Source: Burkholderiales bacterium
GTDB taxonomy: Bacteria > Pseudomonadota > Gammaproteobacteria > Burkholderiales > SG8-39
NCBI GenBank assembly: GCA_035571675.1
Contig: DATNCF010000365.1
Span: 1 to 28,460, forward strand
Direction: 5' to 3'
DNA length: 28,460 bases
Shown here: one piece after another, positions 1 to 8,762 of the stretch
Position numbering within the stretch: the first letter of the stretch is position 1
Layout: every line of letters begins with the position of its first letter
Notes under the pieces: model-generated
Told to the model about the DNA's origin: nothing
The model's database searches: none
What the model saw: the letters and a program-made list of their open reading frames with translations, nothing else
Translations under genes and position numbers: made by a program

Positions 1-567
1 CATCTTGCGGAGCAGCGCCGGCAGCACGTGCGAATTCTGCAGGTCGTAGTGGTCGCCCAGCCCGTACAAGTTGGTGGGCATCACGGCGAGAAAGCGCGTG
101 CCGTACTGGCGGTTGTACGACCAGCACATCTCGATGCCAGCGATCTTGGCCATGGCATAGGGTCGGTTGGTGGGCTCCAGAGGACCTGTCATCAGGTAGT
201 CCTCGCGCATGGGCTGGGGGCAATCGCGCGGATAGATGCACGATGAGCCCAGGAACAACAGCCGCTTCACCCCAACACGCCAGGATTCATGGATGACGTT
301 GGTTTGGATGACGAGGTTCTGGCGGATGAATTCCGCCGGATAGGTGTTGTTGGCCAGGATGCCGCCCACGCGCGCGGCGGCGTCCAGCACGTACTCGGGC
401 CGCTCGGCCTCGAAAAAACGCCGCGTGGCCTGGGCGTCTTCCAGGTCGAGTTCGGCGTGCGAGGGCGTGATCAGGTTGTGATGGCCCGCGGCGCGCAGGC
501 GGCGCACCAGGGCCGAGCCGGCCAGGCCCGACGCCCCCGCCACGAAAATGCGCGCATCGGCCCGCAT
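1..567 (-). CDS. fcl: GDP-L-fucose synthase (N-terminal part; runs off the left edge)
   Basis: Manual reverse-strand translation from ATG at 567 gives [19 protein letters not shown]...[42 protein letters not shown]...VMPTNLYG. The GSSCIYP, YxxxK and PTNLYG motifs are present, and the start is 1 bp after the gmd stop. Confidence 0.95.
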   Translation of the reverse strand, partial: MRADARIFVAGASGLAGSALVRRLRAAGHHNLITPSHAELDLEDAQATRRFFEAERPEYVLDAAARVGGILANNTYPAEFIRQNLVIQTNVIHESWRVGVKRLLFLGSSCIYPRDCPQPMREDYLMTGPLEPTNRPYAMAKIAGIEMCWSYNRQYGTRFLAVMPTNLYGLGDHYDLQNSHVLPALLRKM

Positions 568-568
568 G

Positions 569-1651
569 CTATTCGTGCCGCGCCGGCGCGGCATGGCCGT
601 GGCTGCGCACCAGTTCGTCGCGCTCGGCCTCGCGCAGGTCTTCGCGCGCCATTTCCTCCACCAACTCGTGAAAGCGCGTGCGCGGCGTCCAACCCAGCAC
701 GCTCCTCGCCTTGGCGGCATCGCCCAGCAGCGACTGCACCTCGGCCGGCCGGTGGTATTTGGGGTCCACGGCTACGATGACGCGGCCGCTCTGGTCGTAG
801 CCCTTTTCGTCGACGCCGCTGCCGCGCCAGGTGAGCCCCATGCCCAGCACCCTGGCCGCCGCGTCCACGAACTCGCGCACGCTGTGCTGCTCGCCGGTGG
901 CGATCACCAGGTCCTGGGGCTCGGGCTGCTGCAGCATCAGCCACATGGCCTCCACGTAGTCGCGGGCGTGGCCCCAGTCGCGCAGCGCCGACAGGTTACC
1001 CAGATACAGGCAGTCCTGCAGGCCCAACTTGATGCGTGCCAGGGCGCGCGTGATCTTGCGCGTGACGAAGGTCTCGCCGCGCACCGGCGACTCGTGGTTG
1101 AACAGGATGCCGTTGCAGGCGTACAGGCCGTAGGCCTCGCGGTAGTTCACGGTGATCCAGTAGGCGTACAGCTTGGCGACGCCGTAGGGCGAGCGCGGAT
1201 AGAACGGCGTGGACTCGCGCTGCGGAGTCTCCCTCACCAGGCCGTACAGCTCGGAGGTCGAAGCCTGGTAGAAGCGCGTCTTGTTCAACCCCAGTATGCG
1301 CATTGCTTCAAGCAGGCGCAGCGCACCCAGCGCGTCGGAATTGGCCGTGTACTCGGGCTCTTCGAACGACACCGCCACGTGGCTTTGCGCGGCCAGGTTG
1401 TACACCTCGTCGGGACGCACGCTTTGCAGCACGTGCGTGAGGCTGCTGGAATCGGTCATGTCGCCGTAATGCAGCACGAAGCGCCGGCCGTCCACATGCG
1501 GGTCCTGGTACAGGTGGTCGATGCGGTCGGTGTTGAACAGCGACGTGCGGCGCTTGATGCCGTGCACCACGTAACCCTTGCGAAGCAGAAAATCGGCCAG
1601 GTACGAGCCGTCCTGGCCCGTGATCCCGGTAATCAAAGCGGTTTTTGGCAT
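569..1651 (-). CDS. gmd: GDP-mannose 4,6-dehydratase
   Basis: [73 protein letters not shown] and [10 protein letters not shown] are hallmark Gmd motifs. Confidence 0.98.
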   Translation of the reverse strand: MPKTALITGITGQDGSYLADFLLRKGYVVHGIKRRTSLFNTDRIDHLYQDPHVDGRRFVLHYGDMTDSSSLTHVLQSVRPDEVYNLAAQSHVAVSFEEPEYTANSDALGALRLLEAMRILGLNKTRFYQASTSELYGLVRETPQRESTPFYPRSPYGVAKLYAYWITVNYREAYGLYACNGILFNHESPVRGETFVTRKITRALARIKLGLQDCLYLGNLSALRDWGHARDYVEAMWLMLQQPEPQDLVIATGEQHSVREFVDAAARVLGMGLTWRGSGVDEKGYDQSGRVIVAVDPKYHRPAEVQSLLGDAAKARSVLGWTPRTRFHELVEEMAREDLREAERDELVRSHGHAAPARHE

Positions 1652-1789
1652 GTGTTACCCGTGCCCGGCCAGCCTGTGTTCGGGCCGACAGTATGCAATT
1701 GAAGGTCTTGAATTTTAATTCATTTTCCCACCCGCGTTAAGCGACGCCTATGTCCCTTGGGGGCGGTCGGGGCGGGGCGGGCCTGGCGG

Positions 1790-1795
1790 TATAAT
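1790..1795 (+). promoter_or_regulatory. Putative sigma70 -10 box (TATAAT) for argS
   Basis: Perfect TATAAT 80 bp upstream of the argS ATG in the gmd/argS divergent spacer. No good -35 is visible; that position is a G-tract run. Confidence 0.5.
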
Positions 1796-1875
1796 GCTCG
1801 CCCCTCAGACCGTCCCCGGGCACCACCCCTGGCACCACCCGCCTCTGGCTTTCCCCGCAGGCCCCTGCGAAGTCC

Positions 1876-3591
1876 ATGTCCTCCGAAATCAAATCCCATC
1901 TCACCGAACTGCTGGCCCAGGCGCTGGCCAAGGTCGCGCCCCAGCAGCCGGCGTCGCTTATTTCCCTGGAGCGTCCCAAGCAGGCCCAGCATGGAGACTA
2001 TTCCTGTCCCACGGCCATGCAACTGGCGCGGCTGCTGAAGCGCAAACCCCGCGACATCGCCGACGAGCTGGTGGCGGCACTGCCCGCGTCGCCCTGGCTG
2101 GCGCGCGCCGAGGTGGCCGGCGCGGGCTTCATCAACCTCACCGTGCGCGAAGCGGCCAAGCAGCACGTGGTGCAAAGCGTTCTGGCCAGCGGGGCCGACT
2201 TCGGCGCCTCGCAGCGCGGACGGGGCCAGCCGGTGCTGATCGAATTCGTCTCGGCCAATCCCACCGGCCCCCTGCACGTGGGCCATGGGCGCCAGGCGGC
2301 GCTGGGCGACGCGCTGGCGGCCCTGTTCGAGATCCAGGGCTTCGCGGTGACGCGCGAGTTCTATTACAACGACGCCGGCGCCCAGATCGACATGCTGGCG
2401 CGCTCGGTGCAGGCGCGCGCCAAGGGCTTGGGACCGGAGTCGCCGGACTGGCCCAAGGACGGCTACCAGGGCGACTACATCCGCGACATCGCCGCCGACT
2501 TCCTGGCCAAAAAGACCGTGTCCGGCGAGCGCGTGCCCGCGGTCACCGCCTCGGGCGACCCCGACGACCTCGACTCGCTGCGGCGCTTCGCCGTGGCCTA
2601 CCTGCGCCGCGAGCAGGATGCCGACCTGTCGGCTTTCGGCGTGAAGTTCGACGTCTACTACCTGGAATCCTCGCTGTACGCCGAAGGCCGCGTGGACAAG
2701 GCCGTGCAGGCCCTCATCGCCGCCGGCAAGACCTACGAGAAGGATGACGCCCTGTGGCTGCGCACCACCGACTACGGCGACGACAAGGACCGCGTCATGC
2801 GCAAGTCCGGCGGGGGCGGCTACACTTATTTCGTGCCCGACGTGGCCTACCACATCACCAAGTGGGAGCGCAATTTCCCCCGCGCCATCAATGTGCAGGG
2901 CTCGGACCACCACAGCACCATCACGCGCGTGCGCGCCGGCCTGCAGGCGGCATCCAGCGGCTGGACCAAACCGATACCGCCGGGCTACCCTGACTACCTG
3001 CTGCACAAAATGGTGACCGTGCTGCGCGGCGGCGAGGAAGTGCGCATCAGCAAGCGCGCCGGTTCGTACGTGACGCTGCGCGACCTCATCGACGAGGTGG
3101 GCCGCGACGCCACGCGCTTTTTCCTGGTGTCGCGCAAGGCCGACAGCGAATTCGTGTTCGACGTGGACCTGGCCAAGTCCCAATCCGAGGACAATCCGGT
3201 GTACTACGTGCAGTACGCGCATGCGCGTATCTGCTCGGTGCTGGCGCAGTCGGGCGAAGATGAAGCCGCGCTTGCGGAAGCGGCGCGTTCGGCAACGCAA
3301 TCGGCTGAAATCCTGGCGCCGCTCAGCGGCGAGCGCGAACTGGCGCTGCTGTCGCGCCTGGGCGACTACCCGGAAGTCCTGGACACCGCGGCGAACGAGC
3401 TGGCGCCGCACCAGGTGGCGTTTTACCTGCGCGAACTGGCGGGGGAGTTCCACAGTTACTATAATGCCGAGCGCTTCCTGGTGCCGGATGCGGCACAAAA
3501 GCGCGCGCGCCTGGCGCTCATCCTGGCCGTGCGCCAGGTGCTGCAAAACGGCCTGCGGCTGCTTGGCGTCAGCGCCCCGGAAAAGATGTAA
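1876..3591 (+). CDS. argS: Arginine--tRNA ligase
   Basis: [20 protein letters not shown] (HIGH motif), [23 protein letters not shown] (KMSKS-like), [15 protein letters not shown] and the C-terminal GVSAPEKM. Confidence 0.98.
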   Translation: MSSEIKSHLTELLAQALAKVAPQQPASLISLERPKQAQHGDYSCPTAMQLARLLKRKPRDIADELVAALPASPWLARAEVAGAGFINLTVREAAKQHVVQSVLASGADFGASQRGRGQPVLIEFVSANPTGPLHVGHGRQAALGDALAALFEIQGFAVTREFYYNDAGAQIDMLARSVQARAKGLGPESPDWPKDGYQGDYIRDIAADFLAKKTVSGERVPAVTASGDPDDLDSLRRFAVAYLRREQDADLSAFGVKFDVYYLESSLYAEGRVDKAVQALIAAGKTYEKDDALWLRTTDYGDDKDRVMRKSGGGGYTYFVPDVAYHITKWERNFPRAINVQGSDHHSTITRVRAGLQAASSGWTKPIPPGYPDYLLHKMVTVLRGGEEVRISKRAGSYVTLRDLIDEVGRDATRFFLVSRKADSEFVFDVDLAKSQSEDNPVYYVQYAHARICSVLAQSGEDEAALAEAARSATQSAEILAPLSGERELALLSRLGDYPEVLDTAANELAPHQVAFYLRELAGEFHSYYNAERFLVPDAAQKRARLALILAVRQVLQNGLRLLGVSAPEKM

Positions 3592-3660
3592 CCCCAAAGA
3601 GATGCGGCGCATGGCGGGCGCACATGCGGTCGTCCCGCATCAGTTCAAGGCGGTCCCGAT

Positions 3661-4296
3661 TTGAATAAAGACTTCAAGCCCCGCAACAGCGCCGCGGCCC
3701 GCCCTCGGGGCGGCGGCCTGCTGCTCGGGCTGTTCATCGGCTTCATTCTCGGCCTGGGCGTGGCCGCGGCCATCGCGGTGTACGTATTCAAAAGCCCGGT
3801 GCCCTTCGTCAACAAGGGCAACCCGCCCAAACCCGGAGCCTCCGACGCCGGCACCGTGGGCAAGGCCGCCCGTCCCGAGGAAAAGCCGCGCTTCGACTTT
3901 TACCGCATCCTGCCGGGCCAGGAAGAGCCGGTCACGGACAAGCAGTTGCGCGAAGCGGCCAAGCAGGCCGCCCCCGCCACTCCCGCCGCACCCGGCAGCG
4001 CGCCCAACTCGCCCGCGACTGTCGCCAGCCCGAGCGGACCGCAGGACATTTATTTCATCCAGGCCGGTGCCTTCCAGAACCCCGCCGACGCGGACAACCT
4101 GAAGGCCAAGCTGGCGCTCCTGGGGCTCGAGGCCAGCGTGGAACCCACCGACGTGCCGGACAAGGGCACCTGGTACCGGGTGCGGATGGGACCTTTTTCA
4201 CGCATCGAGGAAATCAACCGCGTGCGCGGCCAGTTGGCTCAGAACGGAATCGACGGTTCGCTGGTCAAAATCAAAGACCCCTCGGCGAAACCTTGA
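3661..4296 (+). CDS. ftsN: SPOR-domain cell division protein (FtsN-like)
   Basis: TTG start, basic N-terminus, one TM helix (GLLLGLFIGFILGLGVAAAIAVYV), FDFYRILPG motif, Pro/Ala linker and C-terminal SPOR domain (YFIQAGAFQNPADADNLKAKLALLG...WYRVRMGPF). The argS-SPOR-dsbA order is typical of Betaproteobacteria. Confidence 0.88.
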   Translation: MNKDFKPRNSAAARPRGGGLLLGLFIGFILGLGVAAAIAVYVFKSPVPFVNKGNPPKPGASDAGTVGKAARPEEKPRFDFYRILPGQEEPVTDKQLREAAKQAAPATPAAPGSAPNSPATVASPSGPQDIYFIQAGAFQNPADADNLKAKLALLGLEASVEPTDVPDKGTWYRVRMGPFSRIEEINRVRGQLAQNGIDGSLVKIKDPSAKP

Positions 4297-4362
4297 ACCA
4301 CCTCCAAACCCTGATCACGGCCAAGCCTCATCCTCTTTACCGACCTAATCCCTAGGACAACC

Positions 4363-5082
4363 ATGCTGAAATCTCTGTTGGTCGCCGCAAGCCTTTCCCT
4401 GGCCGCCCTGCTGCCCGCCTCGGCCGGCGCCCAGAACGCCTCCAAGACCCCGGTCAAGGGCAGCCAGTACGTGGAACTCTCACCCTCCCAGCCCGTGGAC
4501 ACCGAGGGCAAGGTGGAGGTGATCGAGTTCTTCTGGTATGGCTGCCCGCATTGCTACGCGCTCGAGCCGCTGATCGAGCCCTGGGAGAAGAAACTGCCCA
4601 AGGACGCCGTGTTCAAGCGCGTGCCCGCGGTGTTCAACGACCAGTGGGGCATCGCCGCCCGGGTGTACTACACCCTGGACGCGCTGGGCGAGGAGACCCG
4701 CCTGCGCCGCGCGCTGTTCGACGCCATCCACAAGGAAGGCCTGAAAATCACCGACGAGTCGGCCACCACCGACTGGATGGCCAAGCACGGCATCGATGCC
4801 GCCAAGTACAAGGCCACCTACAACTCCTTCGCCGTGCAGTCCAAGCTGGCGCGCGCCCAGCAGATGACCCAGAGCTACCGCCTGTCGGGCGTGCCCACCT
4901 TCGTGGTCCAGGGCAAGTACCTGGCCGGCGCGGAGCAAAACGGCGACGGCCAGCCGTTGCTCGACGTGACCAGCTACCTGGTGGCCGAGGTGGACAAGCA
5001 AATCAGCAAGAGCGCCGCCAAAGCGCCCGCCCCGGCGCCGGCCAAGGCCGACGCCAAGAAGCCGGCGAAGAAAGCGTCCTGA
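4363..5082 (+). CDS. dsbA: Thiol:disulfide interchange protein DsbA (CPHC), with Ala/Lys/Pro-rich tail
   Basis: Signal peptide (…ASAGA-Q), EVIEFFWYGCPHCY, cis-Pro loop GVPTFVVQGKY, AGGA RBS and canonical position after the SPOR gene. Confidence 0.95.
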   Translation: MLKSLLVAASLSLAALLPASAGAQNASKTPVKGSQYVELSPSQPVDTEGKVEVIEFFWYGCPHCYALEPLIEPWEKKLPKDAVFKRVPAVFNDQWGIAARVYYTLDALGEETRLRRALFDAIHKEGLKITDESATTDWMAKHGIDAAKYKATYNSFAVQSKLARAQQMTQSYRLSGVPTFVVQGKYLAGAEQNGDGQPLLDVTSYLVAEVDKQISKSAAKAPAPAPAKADAKKPAKKAS

Positions 5083-5095
5083 TATTTACTTCGGC

Positions 5096-5818
5096 GTGAT
5101 AAGTATTCGCGCCTCGGTAGCACGCCCGAACCTCCGGGGATTGAAGCCCTGGAGGTTTTTTTTCGGGCTGACGCTGCTGTTTTGGAGCCTGCTTTCGCCG
5201 GCCCAGGCGCAGTCCGGTCCAACCAAGGGTCGCGATTACCTGGAAGTGCCGCAATTCCAGCCGGCCGGCAACACCGTCCAAGTCATCGAGTTCTTCTGGT
5301 ACGCCTGCCCCAACTGCTACGCCCTGGAGCCGCGGCTGGCGCGCTGGGCGGCGGCGCTGCCCGCCGACGTCACGTTTCGCCGCGTGCCGGCCGTGCCCAA
5401 TGCCCAATGGGGCGTGGCGGCGCGAGTGTACTTCGCGCTCGAAGCCCTGGGCGAGGAACGGCGCCTGCGCGGCGCGCTGTTCGACGCCATTCACCGGCAG
5501 GGCCTGCGCATCACCGACGAGGACGCGGTGCAGGCCTGGGTGGCGCTGCACGGCGTTAACGCGCGCGACTACGCCGCCGCCTATCGCTCCTTTGCCGTGG
5601 AAAACCAGCTCGAGGGCGCCATCCGCATGACGCGCGACTACGGCATCCAGTCCCTGGGCGTGCCCACCCTGCTGGTGGGGCGCTATATCACCAACGCCGA
5701 CATGACCGGCAGCCCGCGCGCCCTGCTCGACATGAGCGACCATCTCATCGGCCTGGCGCGGCGCGATTTGCAGGCCTCATCTTCGACTACTTCGCCGGCT
5801 ACCTCGCCGGCTCCTTGA
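5096..5818 (+). CDS. DsbA paralogue 2 (CPNC active site)
   Basis: GTG start, signal-like N-terminus ending AQA-Q, QVIEFFWYACPNCYALEP, FRRVPAV and SLGVPTLLVG. It is clearly collinear with the upstream DsbA at protein and DNA level. Exact start uncertain. Confidence 0.88.
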   Translation: MISIRASVARPNLRGLKPWRFFFGLTLLFWSLLSPAQAQSGPTKGRDYLEVPQFQPAGNTVQVIEFFWYACPNCYALEPRLARWAAALPADVTFRRVPAVPNAQWGVAARVYFALEALGEERRLRGALFDAIHRQGLRITDEDAVQAWVALHGVNARDYAAAYRSFAVENQLEGAIRMTRDYGIQSLGVPTLLVGRYITNADMTGSPRALLDMSDHLIGLARRDLQASSSTTSPATSPAP

Positions 5819-6389
5819 TCGGCGCCGCGCTGGACGCGCCGGCAGGTGAAGAAGCCGGCGGCTGCATGGGCGCGAGCGGCAACCCCGCCGCCCGCCACGC
5901 CGCATAACCTCCGCGGTACCAGTACACCTGCCGGTAGCCGGCGGCGAGGGCGCGGCGCGCGGCGTTGTACGACAGCCAGCACTGCGCGTTCACGCACAGG
6001 AACACCAGCGCGCGCTGCTTGTCTCCCGCGGTGATTTGCCCCAGCAGCGCCGCGAACTGGGCCTGGATGGGGTCCACGAAATTGTCGCCGCGGCCGGCGC
6101 CCGGAATCCATAGCGCCCCGGGCAGGGTCTCATGCCCTTCCCCGCCCGCCACGTCGATGACCAGAGGCGGGTTGGCGCCCGCAAGCCGGTCGCGCAACTC
6201 CGCCGTGGTGATGACGCTGCCATCGGGAAGGCTGCGCGGCGTGGGCGCACTGTAGGGCGGGCGGCGCAGTTCCTCGATGGGGGCGATGCCCCAGTCGCGG
6301 TCCTCGTCGGCAAAGCCCTGGGCCCACGCCATGCCGCACAACAGCAGCGGTGACAACAGGCCAACCCAGCGAAGACGGCGCAAAGACAT
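5799..6389 (-). CDS. Exported rhodanese-like protein of the PQQ-catabolism-associated CXXCW-type family
   Basis: Signal peptide MSLRRLRWVGLLSPLLLCGMAWA, YSAPTPRSLPDGSVITTAEL, LVIDV, LPGALWIPGAG, LVFLCVNAQCWLSYNAARRA and YWYRGGYAAWRAAGLP (rhodanese C-terminal signature). Start placed at 6389; the ORF track start at 6419 is an alternative. Confidence 0.82.
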   Translation of the reverse strand: MSLRRLRWVGLLSPLLLCGMAWAQGFADEDRDWGIAPIEELRRPPYSAPTPRSLPDGSVITTAELRDRLAGANPPLVIDVAGGEGHETLPGALWIPGAGRGDNFVDPIQAQFAALLGQITAGDKQRALVFLCVNAQCWLSYNAARRALAAGYRQVYWYRGGYAAWRAAGLPLAPMQPPASSPAGASSAAPIKEPAR

Positions 6390-6554
6390 GCCCAATCCTA
6401 ACCCGTGGTCATGATCCATGCGGGACCGCCAAATTTGTCACGTCCGGGGGGCGGCAATCAGGACGTTCCGCTTTGGCAAATACCAGGCATCGGGCATATC
6501 ATGGGCCTCCTCAACGCCCCTCTGGCCGGTCTCTCCATGCCTTCATTTTCGTCC

Positions 6555-7202
6555 ATGTCACTGATCCGTGCGGCCTATTCGATCTTGGCCGCAGTCCTGC
6601 TCGCCCTTGGACCGGCCGGCGCGGCGCAGGCCCAGGCCATCCAGGCCGGCCGCGAATACCTCGTGCTCGACCCGCCCCACCCCGTCTCAACGGGCCCGCG
6701 CATCGAAGTCATCGAGTTTTTCTACTACGGCTGCCCCATCTGCTACGAGTTCCAGCCACAGCTCACGCGCTGGCTGAACTCCGCCCCCGAATACGTGGCC
6801 TTCCGCGCCGTGCCCGTGGTGGGCCAGGAAGCCTACGACAATTTCGCCAAGCTCTACTACACGCTGGACTCGATGGGGCAAGCCGCCCGGCTGCACTGGC
6901 CCATCTACGACAACTACCACTTCGACGGCGTGAAGCTGAACGAGGAGCCGGTGATGTTCGACTGGGTGGCGCGCAACGGCGTCAACCGCGAGCAGTTCAT
7001 CGCCACCTACAATTCCGACGCCGTGAAAAAGCAGCTCGCCGACACGGACGAGCTGATGAAGTCGTACAACGTGAAGGGCGTGCCGACGGTTATCGTGGAT
7101 GGGAAGTATTTCACCTCGGGGCGGCTGGCGGGGAGCACACGCAGGCTGGCGCAGGTAGTCGATGAGTTGGTCAAACAAGCCCGCAGCGAACGGCCCAATT
7201 AA
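6555..7202 (+). CDS. DsbA paralogue 3 (CPIC active site)
   Basis: Signal peptide ending AQA-Q, IEVIEFFYYGCPICYEF and KGVPTVIVDGKY. Start set at ATG 6555 (6537 is an alternative) because the ORF-track start at 6405 overlaps the rhodanese gene. Confidence 0.88.
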   Translation: MSLIRAAYSILAAVLLALGPAGAAQAQAIQAGREYLVLDPPHPVSTGPRIEVIEFFYYGCPICYEFQPQLTRWLNSAPEYVAFRAVPVVGQEAYDNFAKLYYTLDSMGQAARLHWPIYDNYHFDGVKLNEEPVMFDWVARNGVNREQFIATYNSDAVKKQLADTDELMKSYNVKGVPTVIVDGKYFTSGRLAGSTRRLAQVVDELVKQARSERPN

Positions 7203-7234
7203 TACCAGATAAAAATTAGTCCTCTCATCGCGCC

Positions 7235-8002
7235 GTGAAAATTTTTCTCACTGGCGCTTCTTCGGGGATTGGGGCGGCGCTGGCGGTGCTTTACGCACGC
7301 TTGCATGGCGCGAACGCGGTACTGGGAATTTCTGGTCGCGATGCCCGCCGCCTTGCGGCGGTAGCTGAAAAGCTCGCTCCGGCCACCGTTGTCACCTATG
7401 CTTTGGATGCCACGGACTCCGCCGCATTGGCTCGCGCTGCCGAGGACTTCATGGCTCGCCACCGCATGCCTGACATGGTGATTGCCAATGCCGGTGTGTC
7501 ACTGGCCACTGAAGGCCATCGCGCCGAGGACATTCCGGTGCTACAAGACTTGCTCGCCATCAATACCGTCGCGTTGGCCGCCACGTTGCAGCCCTTCGTG
7601 GAACCGATGAAGAAGGCCGGACAGGGAAAGCTCGTCGGTATTGCCAGCATCACAGGCATCCGCGGCATCCCCGGCTCGGGCGGCTACAGCGCTTCCAAAG
7701 CCGCTGCCATTGCGTGGCTGGAGGCGCTGCGGGTGGAATTGCGCGGCAGCGGGGTGAAGGTGGTGACGATTTGCCCAGGTCCGATCGATACCCCCATGAC
7801 CCAGGTGAACAACTACCACATGCCGTTCTTGCTGACGGCTGAAGAGGGGGCGAAGCGGGTCGCCAAGGCCATCGACTCCGGGCGCAGCTTCGCCATCATT
7901 CCCTGGCAGGTGAGCATGGTGTTTCATATCCTGCGTTTGCTGCCGGCCTGGGCTTATGACGCGCTGGTGGTGAAGGCGCCGCGCAAGCCGCGACGAAGTT
8001 GA
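7235..8002 (+). CDS. Short-chain dehydrogenase/reductase (SDR)
   Basis: TGASSGIG, IANAG, GIASITG, YSASKAA and ICPGPIDTPMT. An SDR commonly follows dsbA in Betaproteobacteria. Confidence 0.93.
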   Translation: MKIFLTGASSGIGAALAVLYARLHGANAVLGISGRDARRLAAVAEKLAPATVVTYALDATDSAALARAAEDFMARHRMPDMVIANAGVSLATEGHRAEDIPVLQDLLAINTVALAATLQPFVEPMKKAGQGKLVGIASITGIRGIPGSGGYSASKAAAIAWLEALRVELRGSGVKVVTICPGPIDTPMTQVNNYHMPFLLTAEEGAKRVAKAIDSGRSFAIIPWQVSMVFHILRLLPAWAYDALVVKAPRKPRRS

Positions 8003-8081
8003 GCCCAACAATTTTCAACGCGAAGCCGCAGGCCAGAGTGACGATGCGGAAAAGACTCCAGGCTCAAGGATTCTCACTTTC

Positions 8082-8117
8082 CTGTGTGGTGACAAAAGGC
8101 ACACAGAGCGTTAAAAT
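8082..8117 (+). promoter_or_regulatory. Putative TA promoter (-35 GTGACA, 17 bp, -10 TAAAAT) overlapped by inverted repeat CTGTGTG-N11-CACACAG
   Basis: GTGACA 8089-8094, TAAAAT 8112-8117, repeat arms at 8082-8088 and 8100-8106. The toxin ATG is at 8123. Confidence 0.6.
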
Positions 8118-8122
8118 ACCGC

Positions 8123-8416
8123 ATGAAGCTTTTTCGATGGAGTTCGGAAAAGAACGCGGCGCTGAAGAAGAGTCGCGGTGTCTCCTTCGAAAGCATTACG
8201 GTCGCAGTCGAGTCCGGCGGGTTGCTTGATATCCTCAGTCATCCCAACAAGGCGCGGTATCTCCACCAACGGGTGCTTGTAGTTGTTCTCAGCAATTACG
8301 TCTACTTGGTGCCCTTCGTCGAGGAAAAGGACCACTACTTCCTTAAGACCATCATCCCAAGCCGCAAGGCCACGCGGGACTATTTGAGCCAAGGTGATCC
8401 AGATGCCGAAGATTGA
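8123..8416 (+). CDS. BrnT-like type II toxin (probable ribonuclease)
   Basis: 97 aa: FRWSSEKNAALKKSRGVSFE…YVYLVPFVEE…FLKTIIPSRKATRDY matches the BrnT/DUF497-like pattern (W-x-x-x-K-N…RG-x-S-F; S-R-K-A-T). It overlaps the downstream antitoxin gene. Confidence 0.8.
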   Translation: MKLFRWSSEKNAALKKSRGVSFESITVAVESGGLLDILSHPNKARYLHQRVLVVVLSNYVYLVPFVEEKDHYFLKTIIPSRKATRDYLSQGDPDAED

Positions 8417-8720
8417 TGCCTACGAAAAGCAAATACTCAATGCTTATGACAGGGGCGGGCTTGTTTCGGCCCCAACCAAGGGCGAGATCGAGAAAATCAG
8501 GGCGGCAGCCCGGGCGACGGCCATCAAGGACCGGCGAGTAAACATCCGCCTGTCGTCCATCGATCTGAACGATATCCAAGTCAAAGCGATGGAAGAAGGG
8601 ATTCCTTATCAAACCCTGATCGCCAGTGTGCTGCACAAGTACGTTACCGGCAGGCTTTCGGAGCGGGAGCCTGCCGCAAACCGCTCGCGCGGGGCCGCGC
8701 GCAAGCGTACGACGGGATAA
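8403..8720 (+). CDS. Cognate antitoxin with C-terminal ribbon-helix-helix (CopG/BrnA-like)
   Basis: MPKIDAYEKQIL…KDRRVNIRLSSIDLNDIQVKAMEEGIPYQTLIASVLHKYVTG. It overlaps the toxin by 14 bp and has an AAGGTGA RBS. Confidence 0.8.
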   Translation: MPKIDAYEKQILNAYDRGGLVSAPTKGEIEKIRAAARATAIKDRRVNIRLSSIDLNDIQVKAMEEGIPYQTLIASVLHKYVTGRLSEREPAANRSRGAARKRTTG

Positions 8721-8762
8721 AGTGGGGAATTTTCCTTTTCATCCCGAGCGTTCCGTCAATCC

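Noticed and set aside
500-567. Fcl nucleotide-binding loop GASGLAG instead of the E. coli-type GHRGMVG, raising a possible cofactor switch
   Set aside because: GxSGLxG variants are known in functional NADPH-dependent GDP-fucose synthases (for example the human enzyme), so this is not evidence of novelty.
6390-6554. Overlapping ORF-track starts for the rhodanese (6419) and dsbA3 (6405)
   Set aside because: Downstream Met codons give proper signal peptides and a normal divergent spacer.
8111-8392. 93-aa antisense ORF over the toxin gene (possible third TA component)
   Set aside because: There is no RBS or motif, and the RHH antitoxin already accounts for the system.
8000-8760. TA module as part of a prophage or IS
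   Set aside because: No integrase, transposase, att-like direct repeats or terminal inverted repeats are visible around it.
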